A stretch of 64,000 nt of DNA from Klebsormidium nitens. Lineage: Eukaryota > Plantae > Klebsormidiophyceae. Position 1 is the stretch's first letter, and each line of letters starts with the position of its first letter. The position numbers and the translations under genes were made by a program. Positions 12,501 to 25,461 of the stretch are shown here, in pieces. The notes beneath the pieces are model-generated. The model had not been told where the DNA came from. It did no database searches and saw only the letters and a list, made by a program, of their open reading frames with translations. The stretch is taken from the NCBI GenBank assembly GCA_000708835.1, contig DF237288.1, forward strand, positions 1-64,000, in the 5' to 3' direction.

Positions 12501-15500
12501 CACATATTCTTCGTGATCCCTTTGCCGCATGCTGATTCCTTGTCGGGTGTTCGAATGCAGAATCCGATCCTGATCGGACGCGAACCGGACGCTAGCGACG
12601 CGCAGAGGGCTCTTTCCGCAGACAGATCGGCTGAATTGAGTGAGAAGGTCAATCAGGTAAGGCGTCTCGTATTTTCTCATTTTCATGAAGCGTAATCAGT
12701 ACGCGCTTCGAGGGAACGTCTATCTGGAAGTGGTTCGCTTCAACATTTCAAGCCGAGTTACTAACAGACTGTCTCGGTCTTACTCGACAGTTCATTCTCA
12801 GACGGACAAACGCTCTGCTGTCAAATCATCTGCCCCCGAAGGTGAGTGCCGCCATCACTCGGTCACATGTGCGCGTCTAAACTCTTTTCAGCATGTTAAG
12901 CTTTGTCCAGGAGCACAAGCAGGACTTCTACTGTGGGCACTTGCCAGATGTCTGGGACCCTCTTGGGCATTGTACATGTAGTGATGCTCATGGTTGGAAG
13001 TCCATATTCCAAAGATCCACATGTCGAACGCAGTTCTGGATGTCTCTGGGAGATGCCGAGTGCATTTTTCGTTCGCCGGAGTGATTGACAGAGTGCAGTT
13101 TGTCGCAGATCGTTGAGATCGTATGCTGCCGGATGAGCGACCTGCAGGTGCAACTGTACAAGCACTTCATCCATTCCAAGAATGTGAGCCACGCCCTAAG
13201 AGACTTGCGTCCCCGACTTGGCTGGCGTCCTTCATAGGTGTATGTAGCTGAGCCTCTCATTCACTGCATTCCTTCTTGCTTTCGCGTTTGCGAAGGAGCG
13301 CGATCTGTGTAGATTTAAACCGCCAGACAGCATTACAATCGCAAAACGCTGTTTTTCTTTCTTTCAGGTCAAGAAGCTGATGGAGGACGACACGAAGAAG
13401 CTGCAAGTACTCTCGTCTATCACCGCAATGAAGAAGCTCTGCAACCATCCGAAGGTGAGCAGTTATCAACATTGAGCTCTTCCATGGAATCTATTGCCTC
13501 GCGAATCTGAATCAGTTGCGCTGCTTGCTGAGCTGTCTGTCAGTAGCGAATGAAAAGCTGTGCACTGGTTGAGCTTCGTGTCGATTCTCCCTTTCTGCAG
13601 CTGATCTACGACACGGTGAAGGCTGGCGGGTCGGAAGCAGCGGGCTTCGAGGACTGCGTCAAGTTCTTCCCACCGGCCATGTTCTCTGGAAGGCGAGTCT
13701 TCACGTCCTACGTTACACATCTCCTTGAAGCCACTTTTACCTTCGCATTCGTTGGTGTGTTCAAATTCGCTTGGGCCTCGTCTGAGCCATGTCAGATCTC
13801 AACAGGCTGTCCACCTCTAGTTGGTTACCCTGAGCGTGCTTCCCCGTTGCAGGAGCGGGCAGTGGACGGGTGGCGACGGCAGCTGGGTGGAGCTGTCCGG
13901 GAAGATGTGCGTGCTCGCTCGCCTCCTCTCGCACCTCCGGCGGAATACCGACGACAGGATCGTACTCGTCTCCAACTACACGCAGGTGAGGCCTATGCTG
14001 TAGGAGCCGCTTGCTCGGAGGTCCGCGCGTGGCGACGTGGCGCGTGGCGACGTCACATCTGAGGTTTCAGTGGTCCTTGAGGGGTACACGTGTTTGCTGA
14101 TGCTCGGAAGTCAAAAACGCAAGTGGCACCATTAGCAGTAACTATTTCACACATTTCTCTGCAGACCCTCGACCTCTTCGCTCAAATCTGCCGCGAACGG
14201 AACTACCCGTTTGTCCGGCTCGATGGCACGACGTCCGTTGGCAAACGACAGAAGCTCGTCCAAAAGTTCAACGATCCAGTCCCGGTGAGAGCGGGCAATC
14301 CGGGCAGCCCGTAATGAGACACTGCCCCGCGCGTTGCATTGTTGCTGCTGATGTGGAGCCATGCAGCCGCTGCTCTCTGAAGTTTCACACCGCGCGATGA
14401 AGCTGGGCAGTAAGATCCATTGCTTCTCCCAGCTTCGTAAGCGGCTATTGAAACAATAAGCGGCGCATGATTTGGCGTACCCTGAAGTTCTTTGCCAGGC
14501 TCTCGAACCGTAAGTTTTCTGTGGCAGGACGAGTTCGCATTCCTGCTGAGCAGCAAGGCCGGTGGGTGTGGCCTGAATCTGATTGGGGGCAACCGGCTGG
14601 TGCTCTTTGACCCGGACTGGAATCCAGCCAACGACAAGCAGGCTGGTGAGACCCTGCTTCTGACTTCGTGCAGGCACGCGAGGTTTGCATCCGATTGAGC
14701 AATCATCTGTGCCTTGAGAAACATGAGGGAGAAAGCTCCGCTTAGTCCCCTGATTATCTGGTCGATGCTCCGCACACACTGACGAATCTCTTTTGGGGGC
14801 AGCTGCTCGCGTGTGGCGTGATGGACAGAAGAAGCGGGTGTTCATCTACAGGTTCCTAGCAACGGGCACAATCGAGGAGAAGGTGCGTTCTTCGGCCCAG
14901 TCTCGACACTTGACAGCCGAGTGCTTTCTATCCCTATTCCTTCAGCCGCGAAGCTTTCAGCTACCTCACCGGACCTTTTGTGCAAGGATATGATCAAGTT
15001 GATCCGCTGGCCGCGAGCCGACGGTTGACCAGGCGCGTCGTGTGCGTTCAGGTGTACCAGCGGCAGATGTCCAAGGAAGGCTTGCAGCAGGTGGTGGACA
15101 CCAAGAAGGACGACGACCGGGTGCAGGTAACCCACAGCGCTGCGAGATCGTCCGAGCTTAGGATGGCGTTCAATCGCGGCGGGTCCCAGCGAAGCTGCTT
15201 TTGCATCTTCCTAAGCAGAAAGCCTTGAAGGCCATTAAGACTAGGCTGAGTCAGACAACATTGTATAGTTCGCCCCGAGACCAGCTGCTGATACGGGTTC
15301 CTTCGCACTTGCAGATGAACGCTATCTCGTCGGAAGAACTTCGTGACCTGTTCAAGTTCCAGGAGCAGTCCAGGTGAGGCTCTACTCGTGATCGTTCAGG
15401 AGCGAGCTATAACCAGTTACTCTTTTTTCTGAAACGTGATGTTCCCACCGACCTTTGACGCGTCCACGAGCATCTGATGACACTCTTCCCTTGTGGTTCT

Positions 15501-16699
15501 CTTCCTGTAGCTCCGACACGCACGACTCCCTCAACTGCGGGCGCTGCCAAGCTGGCGAAGCTTGCACCGAGCAAGAGCCGCCAGCAGCCGCCGAGGGTGC
15601 GCCAAGCACAGCAGAGGACATCGGGGGCTTCGCAGCGGCGGCCGGATGTCGAGACATTTTGAAGCCCTGGGAGCGCCAGGTGAAGAGTTGAGAGGCAACA
15701 ATGAGCATCACGATTGAGGCATTGCGTGTGCCTCCTGTCGACTTAGAGGCCGCGCCCAGATCCTTGCGCTTTGCATTCGAACAGGCTTTCAAACAACTGG
15801 TAAATTGATCGTCCGCATAGCCATCAGAAAACTGGTCTAAAAAACGCCGTCTTACTCCATCCATCTTCCTCTGCTCGACAGGTCGGCACGCCTGCAGAGG
15901 AGGACCTGAAGAGCTGGGCTCATCATGCGTCCCCCTCTACGGTGCCAGATCGGGTGATGCAGAGCGTGGCTGGGGATGACGTGAGTGCCCGTGCCTGACA
16001 AACTCTCTTGGCGAGCTTTGGGCAACTTCTGGTATTCCCTGCCTCTTCAGATGACGTATTTCGCTAAGCGGTGAAGCGATATCTTTCTCTCCATCCTCGG
16101 CCTCTTGGTAGGCCTGACTTTTCAATTCGGACTTGCAGGTGTCCTTCGTCTTCTCATGCCAAATCGACGGCAAGCTGAAACCCGTGGAGAGCAAGGCGCC
16201 GGGGCGTCCGCTCGCAGCAGGGGCCAGTGGCGCGGCCCAGAGATCGGAGGCGAACAAGGCTGGCAGCACGCGGTTGCCGACCAAGCCGCCAGGCCTCGCA
16301 TGGAGAAGCCCTCTGCCATCAAAGCCAGGTGTCAAGCCCACCACCCCCGGACTCCCCAGGACAGTAGGAGCACCAACCGCAGGACGCGGCAAGGTCCTCT
16401 CTTCCTTGCACCCCAACATCAAAAAGTCTTCGCCAAGCGGACCAGCGGGCGCAGCGACGAAGATCGGAGCAGCGCAGCAAGGGAAGGCGCAGCTTGCAGC
16501 GGGTCTAACGGGAGGGCTGTCGGGGCAGCCGCCCAAGGCGGGCACAACGAAGAAGCGGTCTCAGGCGCGACCGAAAGAACGGGCTGTTTCCAAGAAAGCG
16601 AAGGCTGTCTCCGACAGCAGCTGCTCGGAGGAATCTGCGTTTGCGGAAGAGGAGGTCGAGTCACAGGAAGTGGTTGCCGACAGTGATGATGACTTTTGA
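9532..16699 (+). CDS. RAD54: DNA repair and recombination protein RAD54 (SNF2 family), multi-exon
   Basis: FLRAHQR|[17 protein letters not shown]|[74 protein letters not shown]|[11 protein letters not shown]; plant-type N-terminal [14 protein letters not shown]. Confidence 0.95.
11747..11792 (+). repeat. Perfect 23-bp tandem duplication covering a RAD54 exon end and 5' splice site
   Basis: aaactctcacgaaccaggtgagg occurs at 11747-11769 and 11770-11792. Confidence 0.95.
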
Positions 16700-18160
16700 A
16701 AGATTAGTAGCTGACAAAGTATCAAGCAAACCGCGCGTTTGAGTCGATGTCTCGATGAAGGTCGTTGCCAAAGGCTGCCCGCAACATGCTTGGTTTGTTG
16801 ATGTAACGATTTTGACTGATCTATTGTTTAACGGCCGAGCTACAGCGTTTGTCCCCGGATGTATGTCGTTCCGACAGCGCGGCAGAACTTAAGATGCACG
16901 TTGTGGCAGTTTGTCGAGGAAATCATGCAGTGTATGCATTATGAGCGCGGGTGCTTTAATTAGTATGTCAAGTGTTTCGCTGGTAACGATCGAATTGCTT
17001 AGATAGTGTCCAAATATTAGTTGACATGTTGCTAGATCGAAGCTCACGTATGGCTATCCAGTATCGAACTATGGTAGCTTTGCACTCCGGGTTAGAGTTA
17101 GTATTCGTACAGCATATCAAATTATTGGCTGAAGGGCCCCGGCGGCCACCAGCTGAGCGCTTCAAAACGCTGTCCAATGTGGCCGGGCGGCTATGTTCAT
17201 GTTGAACAAGATCGTCTCGATCAAATTAGATCCGAACGCGTCAGATTATGCAAACCATTTTGCACAAGAGTCGATCGTGCAAAATGATTTGCATGATTTT
17301 GATATGGGTTCGAACACAGCGGCACATACATGCACATGCTTCAAGTGCACCTGTGCTTGCGCAATTCCACCACATGGCACTGACTCGCTCAGTGTCGTTG
17401 CGGCGTCTCTATGTGCATTCATGTCTTAATGGCACATGTGCACCATGCGCCTAGCGCTGCGCATATATGCAGCTAGGCCGCTAATTGCAGCGGCTGAATG
17501 AACACACGAGCACTGTGCACGGACCGGCTCATATAGGTCGCAGTCGTACATTGCAATGTGTCCAGACTAACACGGACCGCAACTATATGTTGTTTGTGCA
17601 AATACCCGGTCTCAGAACCATCTTCCGGACGGCCCACAAAGTGCACAGATTACACCATTGATAACAAACAAAGAAGTTTCGGGTATGCTTCCCAAAGCAA
17701 GGACGTCACGATCAGTTGCCTCAAGATTGTCACTTCCATTAGTCATCACCATCTCAGAATGTTGACCGTTATCGTTGTGTATCGTCACTTGAATGTGTCA
17801 GCGACATCCAAACTAACCTCCTGGTTGCGGCTTTCCTATCCTAGCCTAGCTACAGAACTGACCTTGTGACCAAAAGAGTTTCTACACCTGCATCACTTAC
17901 GGGCATCTATGCAGGCTGCTAACCAACATCCAAAAACCTTCAATCGAGTTTCAATCAAGATCGAAGTTACTTGCGACTTGTGTCTCTCAAGCTGTACAAT
18001 AAGAAGGGTCAAGAAATACCATACTCCTGGCTCTCCAAGGTGACCTAAAAGCTACTGTGGATAGCCGTGCGAACTGAAACTGCCCCTACCAATTGCTTGA
18101 AGACAATGCTCCGATTGAAACTTCTCCTACTGTAGTTAGCAACCATTGCAACTTTGGGCT

Positions 18161-21045
18161 TTAGATGCTGTCAATGACAGCGGACTCGGTGTCACTGACC
18201 TCACTCCCTGTTGTAGATAGGTTTGCAGCCTTCTTCCCGCTTCTTTCGCTGAGCCACGTGATGATATCGCGCATGACAATCGCGACGTTCTCTGAAGGCT
18301 CCCCTTCCGTCAATGCGTGCCACATCCCCTCGTACAGCTTGAATGTCTTGTCCTTACTGCTGGACCTCTCATAGAGCGCCTTGCTCACTGCATGGACGGA
18401 AGGGTCCAATTCAGACATGATATATTAACAGACGACCTCCAGCGGAATACGAGCTTGACCACCAACGGGGGCAAGTGAGATCTAGGACAACCACACTTTT
18501 GTAGGCTGCTTTCAAGATGGTGCTGGACAGAAGCTCGAAAGACGCTTAGAGGCATTCATCCGCTACATATGTTTATACTCACCCTCGGGATCCGTGACAA
18601 GGTCCGCAGCACCGTGCATAAGCAAGAAGGGGGTCGTGACCTGCTCAAGAGGGGAGACGACAAAGCCTGTTTATGATCCAGACCATTGAGCAGTCGGAGT
18701 GAGCGGGGTGGTATTCTAGTTTCGAAATTCCGATAACAGAGCGACCACTGCAAAGACTTCTGCATTTCCTCAACAACGTTCGCCTTGGTGCAATCTTGAG
18801 GATGATAGCGCGAAAGGCGTGGCAGGTTCTACTCACCTCGTCTAGATGCTTCTCAATGTCTTCCGAAACTAAAAGCAGCTGCACCGCCGTGCCCAGCCGC
18901 GGCTTGTGCAGGAACGCTGTCGGATTTGCTTTCCCCTGCGCGGCAGGCCACAGACGCGCATCAGCACAGGTGAGCCTTATGAGGACTGGGCGATTCATGT
19001 GGCAAAACAGATACTGGTCATTTCAACAAGCGAACAAAAGCCAGACAAGCCCTGCAATCAAATGTTCCACCAGGAGAACAAGCACCAGAGGATGTTTGTG
19101 AGGTGCCCCACCTCTGCTCTCTTCTCAGGAAGTTTGAACGCGTTCTCAGCAATGTCTTCAGCGGGGACAATGGGAAGTGTTGGGACAAGGAATGCTGTTC
19201 GCCTCAAAAGTTCCTGAATGATCCAGGGGGGCCTGATCTTGTCCGCAATCTGCACAGGAGGTCACAATACAGGCGAATCAGCGCAATGACGAGCAAGCAG
19301 AATCAAAACCTGCTGGATGAGTCTATATGCAGCAAGTGATGCAAAAACAACCTGCCGTTTGCGAATTGGTGTGAATGCCGAGTGCATTCGCACCCTTCTG
19401 ATGTATGCTTCTTGAAAAGAGACTTCAGAGAATTCATTGATCAGGCGGCCTGCTCACCTTGCACATGGGCGCCACCAGAATCATGCCATCCCACTTGCCC
19501 TGTTCAGCGCGGCTAACGTTGATGGCAACCGCACCACCCATGCTTTCTCCATACAAGAAGCCTGGCTTGCCTGCAAACTCTGGCCGTGCTGCACACATGG
19601 ATACTTGGAGCGTTTCAGCTAATCGTCCAATGATCGACACAAATGTGCAGTGTTTGGAAGAAGCAGTGACGGGCAGTGCTGCTTTATCGCTGAAGAGGTC
19701 CCCGTTTGACCACAAGATAGCTCATTTTCTTGCATTGCAGTCTTACATCAACAGGTGGCAAGCTGTGCCAGTTCAACAGGGCCAATGATTGTGATAAACG
19801 TGCACATGCCAGACAAGGGGGCTTGGCGGTGGAAGAGAAGGGAGCTTGATGGCTGTGACCTTACCCCTGACACTCTGGAAGTACTCCCTGGTGTCCTCGA
19901 CAATGACAGAGAATTTAGGGATATAGCAGTGGAGGCCCTGTGATTGCCCGTGTCCCTGCAAAAAGGTACAGGAACACTCTCGTCTGCAAAGTTAATGCCA
20001 TTTTTGATGTCTAGACGCTTGTCATTGTAGTGTATCTCCTCGAAGGCATGTTTATCATGCACATGCCATATGTGACCCAAAAAAGTAGGTTTGGCAAAGA
20101 GAGGAACCGAATGACATCAGCGCCAGCTCGGCTTTCTCAAAAAGTCCCCTTACCTCATAGTCCACTCCCACCACTGCGTAGCCTGCCTGAGCCAGCTCCA
20201 CTGCCGTCGCTGTGGTCAGCAAAGAAGAGACTTCAGGACAGAGTGCTCTCAATAATATAAACTTCAAAACAGAGTGCAATGCTACAGCGGCTTGGACCTA
20301 ACGCCTGTCGAGCGGATATGACAGCGCTCGGAAAAACGATGCGGTATACAAGCAAGGGACATAATGTGTCTGAAATAACTTGCACCTGTTGGAGACCTCA
20401 CCGTCAAAGAAATAGTTGCACTGATCGCCATATCCATGGCAGTAGCACACAACGGCGGACGCTTCTCCATTTGCCGGGACCCACTCTTTGGTAAATTGTT
20501 CAATGCCACGCGAGTTGAAGAAGAATTTCTGCCAGGAAGCAAGACATTTGGTTTGCAATAGACAACACTCGGTCAAAGCTTCCACCTGGCATGCGCATCT
20601 GTAGGAAACATCAAGCAGCATGGAATGTTGAGGATCTCAAGGCAATTCAACAAAGATGTTTGAAGGTCTTCGCACCATCCGTCAGGGTCTCACCTCTGTA
20701 ACTCTCACGCCCTTCCGCAGCTGCAAGCACACCAATCTGACGCCTTTAGCTGCAGCACTCACAAAAATACAACACTCAAAAGGATATACCTTCATGCAGA
20801 GAGCGTAACTTGCAGAGCCTTGAAGCATGCGACAATGGCTGGAAGCTTCCAACCAGGTCCATACAGGCCATAAGCTTCAATGATAAAGTCCTCGCAGGTC
20901 AACTCACATAATACTCTGCATCCTTCTTGAAGGGCAGCATGGCACGCCTCCTGTCATCGTGGTGATCAAGAGCAAGCCGCCGGCGCGATACCACAACAAC
21001 TGAGCTAAGCGCAATGCAGCAAAAGGCCACAATGAATGGCCACAT
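18161..21045 (-). CDS. Monoacylglycerol lipase / caffeoyl shikimate esterase-like alpha/beta hydrolase, paralog 1
   Basis: Exons: EYY|LRKGVRVTE|KFFFNSRG..CHGYGDQC, DYE|GHGQSQG, GESMGG (nucleophile), PRLGTA, VTTPFLLMHGAADLVTDPEVSK, YEGMWHAL. Hydrophobic N-terminus MWPFIVAFCCIALSSVVVV; start ATG inferred. Confidence 0.92.
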
Positions 21046-21806
21046 GGTGGATCCCTGGATGACAAGTCTCTGACTTTCAAAAAGCTGTATCGTTTGGAAG
21101 ATCACAGCGCCAACACAGCAATTGAAAAGTCACAGAAGTTAAGCTGCATTGCACGATAAAGTCTGCGCGGGACAAAGAACACGAGGACAAGAGGTGACTA
21201 AGGTTTGGAATTGCACAACGATAAGATCAGGCAATTGGGTATGATGACTTGCCGCCGTGACTGCCCCACCTGGCCCCAACTTCCCTTTTCAATGTGGCAG
21301 CCATGCCACGTGGACCCTTACCAGTGGCAGCAGTCCTCCAGCTATACGGTGTCGCGTATACACACCACCCTAAAACCGCGCCGGCTAGCCCGGGATAGTA
21401 CAACTTGTGCACGGGGCAATGAAGCAAACCGAGGGGCGAGGCCCCGCCCTTGAGGGCGCACTGTCTTCGTCTTTAATTTATCTAACAGTAAAATGTTCCT
21501 TACTCGGGGGTCCGTCTCGCGGTGGAACCGTCAGAGTGCTCGGTTAGCGTCGGAGTCCCGAAATATAAGGTGAGAAGTGGCCCAGACGAACGACCGAGTC
21601 TGCGTCAGCAGCTTGCCGCGCACAGGATCGAGCTAAGCAGCTGCTGACACTTGGCAAATCCCAGGCGACAACTTGAAATAGTACTGTCGCGGATTCGCGG
21701 CGGATGAAGGGCTCTTTTCTTTCATCGAACGGCTCAAATAGATCGCCGGCCGCATCTGAGGCTTGAGCTGCTTCAAAGAATACGGGGGTGACACTGGTAC
21801 TGGTAC

Positions 21807-22113
21807 TGGTAACTCCCATTTCACTTGATTAAGATCCTAGCTACCCGGGCAAACAGACTAAAAATCCTAACCGACAAAATCACCCGCTCTGCACCCACAC
21901 CCACCCTAACCACCATGCCAACCCTACCCATCTCCCGGGCGCCTCTGATAGCTTTTACCTAAGTGAAATGGGAGTTACCATTTGAAAGTGCTTGAGAAAG
22001 ATTCAAGATACATCACTCCCGGGCATCCAAACTAAAACACCTAACCAAACAAATCACGCGCTTCGCATCCGCAACCACCCTAACCCCCAAACTAACCCCA
22101 CCCGTCCCCCGGG
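21807..22113. repeat. Interleaved 20-bp inverted repeat and 96-bp direct repeats
   Basis: tggtaactcccatttcactt (21807-21826) and its exact reverse complement (21961-21980). Two diverged 96-bp C-rich units, each bounded by CCCGGG (21844-21939 and 22018-22113). Confidence 0.85.
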
Positions 22114-22680
22114 TGCTTATTTTAGTGCAAGCTGCTCTTAGTGCAAGCTGCGTTGCCGGACTGATTTTGTGGGTTAGGATTTTTTTGTGTTTTCAGTGTT
22201 AGTACTTTTGCTAAGTTAACGAGACAATCATTGAAGTAAGTGAGCCCTGCTCGGTGGTCCGAACTTTAAGGCTTGTGCGCACCGCATTAAATGCAATTGC
22301 TTGCGAAACCATGTGCACAAACGGATGCATAATGTGTAATGTGTTGATGTGTGAGATAATATAGATAATACCTAGAAATGATGATAATTTTTAAGGCCTT
22401 CAGATTCCGGAAGTTCAGGGCTCACGAAGACTGCTTTCCACTACGATAGGTATGCGTTTGTTCAGATGATAGGTACCTCTCTTCAGACTTCCACTTGAAG
22501 TTGAAGAACTTGTGTCCCAGAGTACCTGCAAATTTTAGTCCCAAAATGGTCTCTCTCGTCAAGTTGGAGCGCATAGGAAGACCTTGCTTTTTGACCCGTT
22601 TGCAGGCAACACACGGTCTTTCAAGCAGCAATCGCCCTTTGTTTCCAGTTGGCAATCGATCACCATCAAGAATCTCTGCA

Positions 22681-22958
22681 ATGGCGACTGGCTTTGCTTA
22701 TTACAATGTGGCCAACGTGGACAAGTTTGTGGAGGTCTTCACTTCGGAACCTGTTGACAGCTGGCGCAAGGAAAATGGCATCACGTCCTACCGAATCTTC
22801 AAGGTTGCGGAGGAGCCTAACAAGGTCGCAATCATGGCTTAGAGGCGCTCCACAAATTTAGGGTCCACCCCAAGACCCGCGAGAGCATGGCCGACGCGGG
22901 CCTGCAAGGACCACCCACTTTTTTGGAGATGGAGACGATCAAGGAGGGCACCAGCTGA
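22681..22958 (+). pseudogene. Small bacterial-type alpha+beta barrel (ABM/DUF3764-like) protein gene with one frameshift
   Basis: MATGFAYYNVANVDKFVEVFTSEPVDSWRKENGITSYRIFKVAEEPNKVAIM, then a frame change at about 22838, then LEALHKFRVHPKTRESMADAGLQGPPTFLEMETIKEGTS*. No CDS intron. Family assignment is from recalled motif similarity only. Confidence 0.6.
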
Positions 22959-25437
22959 GAGCAGGTCAGGATCATCTAGATGGCTCAGTGGTAGTGCTTA
23001 TGATAGTGCAATAGTGCTTATGAACAATGCAGTCACTTTAAGTGACTGCACTGTTGTGTTGCAAGAAACCTGAGATCATCTGCAGACCAGTTGCGTTTCA
23101 CATTGTCAACAGTTGGAATCAGACAGATAGATGCTTCAAGTCCAGACTTCTGGGGTGATCAGTAGGTGGCCAATGAATGGGAGCGCATTATGACTTTTCA
23201 AACCCTTAAAATCCGGATGCTGCTTAGGGTGCTCAATGCCTTCTGAACCAGGTGCAAACTTTTAGTCAGTCGGGGCTTGTTTGCTTTTGCTTGTATAGCT
23301 AACTAGGGAAGCAAGCAGCTTTGACAAAATAGCAGATTTTGACTGCCTTTCTGCAACTGCACTTGAACACCTGATGAATCACCTTCTCTACACGTCATGC
23401 TTGGAAGTGAAAGGCTGCACTTGCAAAACCTATTGCGCTGAGAAAAACTGTTCATGCTGGAGGCTGCTCGGAAGCAAGAGGCTTCTAGCTAATCCTTTCC
23501 CGGCAAAAGGCTCGGTGAGCCACACCGCAGCTTAGTGTGGTGCTTGGCCACTGTCTTCCTTTCATCAGGTGTTTTTGAACTAGGATGCCCTCTCGTAAAA
23601 ACCGCGTGTGCTGGGTGCAAGCGGTTCCAGTTATCACTTCTTGGGGCTGGATGCTTTTGTCCAGGAGTTATCCGGCGTTTGTTACCTGCTAGTGTCCAGC
23701 TGATAGTGCAAAGATATTTGTTCTCACTCAAATCCTAGCCCCACTGCAATAGAGCCCTTCATTCATTAATGTAAGGTCTGCTATATGCCTAATGGTTCAG
23801 TCCTTATTCTGCTAAGACCGGCAGCTATAGCGGAAGGTGACCATGGAAAGGATATTTTACTGTGTAATGCACTGACATAATTGATAAATCTTCCTCTCAC
23901 CTTTCAGATCATTTGGAACCGGTGCTGAACCCCATTTTTGGGTCCCTTCCTAGAGCGCAGAGGCAGTACATAACCTGGGCATTTTGTTCTCTTGCTGATC
24001 ATGTTTGAGGAGGCTGCTCCTACTCCTGGAGCATTGGTAGTATGTGCCACGATTCAAACCTAAGGTAGTAATTGGACGCAGAACCTCGAAGCAGAGAATT
24101 CAACGAGTTGCCCTGTACAAGCCTTGACCCCATCTGAAGAGGAATGCACGTATCCTCTGCTGCAGGAGAGCAGGAAGGTACGCTTTTCGTCTGATGTTCA
24201 CTTTTGAGCTGCACCAAGAAGACCTTGGCCTGAGCCTGCCACAACATTAGATGCTTTTCAAAATGCCAGCAATATCACACTCTCACCTAGGCTTTATTTC
24301 ATACAGGAGAAGTGTACCAGAGGGGGCGTTTGCTGGCATCGGCTGGAGCACAATATGATTATAGCTCTTGTTGAATTCCTCGCAACACACTGTTGAAGAT
24401 TGCTTTCACTTGCCTCAGGCCTGCTAGCTCTTGACATCGCCGCTCAATGCATGCAGTCTACCATGATGTGAAAGAACTCCAGTTCAAGCCCGCGCTGATA
24501 ATTGCCCACTGTTCATCTGCAATGAGCACAGTGAGGATGTGCAATTCATGCAATCAAACATCAGTGCTTGTGCCGGGGCCTTGCCCTGACAGGATTCAGG
24601 TTTATGGTCACTTGGTTATTAGTAAGAGAATCCAATACGGAAGCAGATTTATAATATGACAGCAGATTTAGCCAGGCTTATCGCGAGGTTTCCATGTGGC
24701 ACCTTCAGTGGTTTCTGGGCCTATATGCTCTGATGCATCACGGAAAGATGCGGAGCAAACCCACAACATGACGCCAATCTGCAGAGAAGCTGGTGCAGTC
24801 GCATTCAATCGCGACTGCGCGAACTCATCATATTGCAAGCAACGAATATACACGCTTTGACATATGCAGGATGATGTGTGCACGACAAGTGCGTCCATCA
24901 TATATGCCTTAAAGCACAGGTAGCATTCCAGATAGGTATATCTCGATGATTTCTATATAGCTCGTACGAACGACCTTGTCGTATATCTGCATGTTGCACG
25001 CGGCAAGCGTATTCATTGGTAAAGGTTTGCGCGGTTGATTCATGGCAATCGGATTGCATAAATCCACGCGCTCGCGCGCGTGGGCACTGGTTTTTATTCG
25101 GGACGAACACAGGCACTTTCACATGAGGGGCCCGGATCGGAGCTCTAGCTATTATATTTAAGCCAACCACGAGTCACGCCATGATGATGACTTGATGTGA
25201 TTAGCTTCAGGCGCCATGTGACGCGCTGGAGTTGGAAGAAAAGGGCGATTGTAGACCAGGTGTAAGGGCCCTGTCTCTCATGAGCATGCCGATGTACATC
25301 ATATGGTTCCGACCGCCCCCTTGAAGCATGCATTTTCTCCAACAGCATGCAACGTCCAGCAGCCAGCTGGAGCATCTATAACATGATACTGCCAATTCGC
25401 TGAAGCGCCAACTCATGGCTCATGACAATCAAGGAAA

Positions 25438-25461
25438 CGAATCATCTCGCGAGATGATTCG
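25438..25461. repeat. Perfect 24-bp palindrome
   Basis: cgaatcatctcgcgagatgattcg equals its own reverse complement. Confidence 0.9.

Noticed and set aside
20779-20787. ATATCCTTT (U12-type AT-AC donor consensus) on the minus strand inside lipase 1
   Set aside because: It lies inside an intron already bounded by a GT donor (TAT|GTGAGT) and AG acceptor that give a correct reading frame; no U12 branch point or AC acceptor fits.
22979-23000. tRNA gene suggested by a D-arm-like TGGCTCAGTGGTAG
   Set aside because: No anticodon arm, T-arm/B-box or acceptor stem follows.
23845-23856. Second ATATCCTTT on the minus strand
   Set aside because: No supportable coding exon adjoins it.
23489-25416. Short ORFs between the bacterial-type gene and lipase 2
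   Set aside because: No recognisable domains or consistent exon chain.
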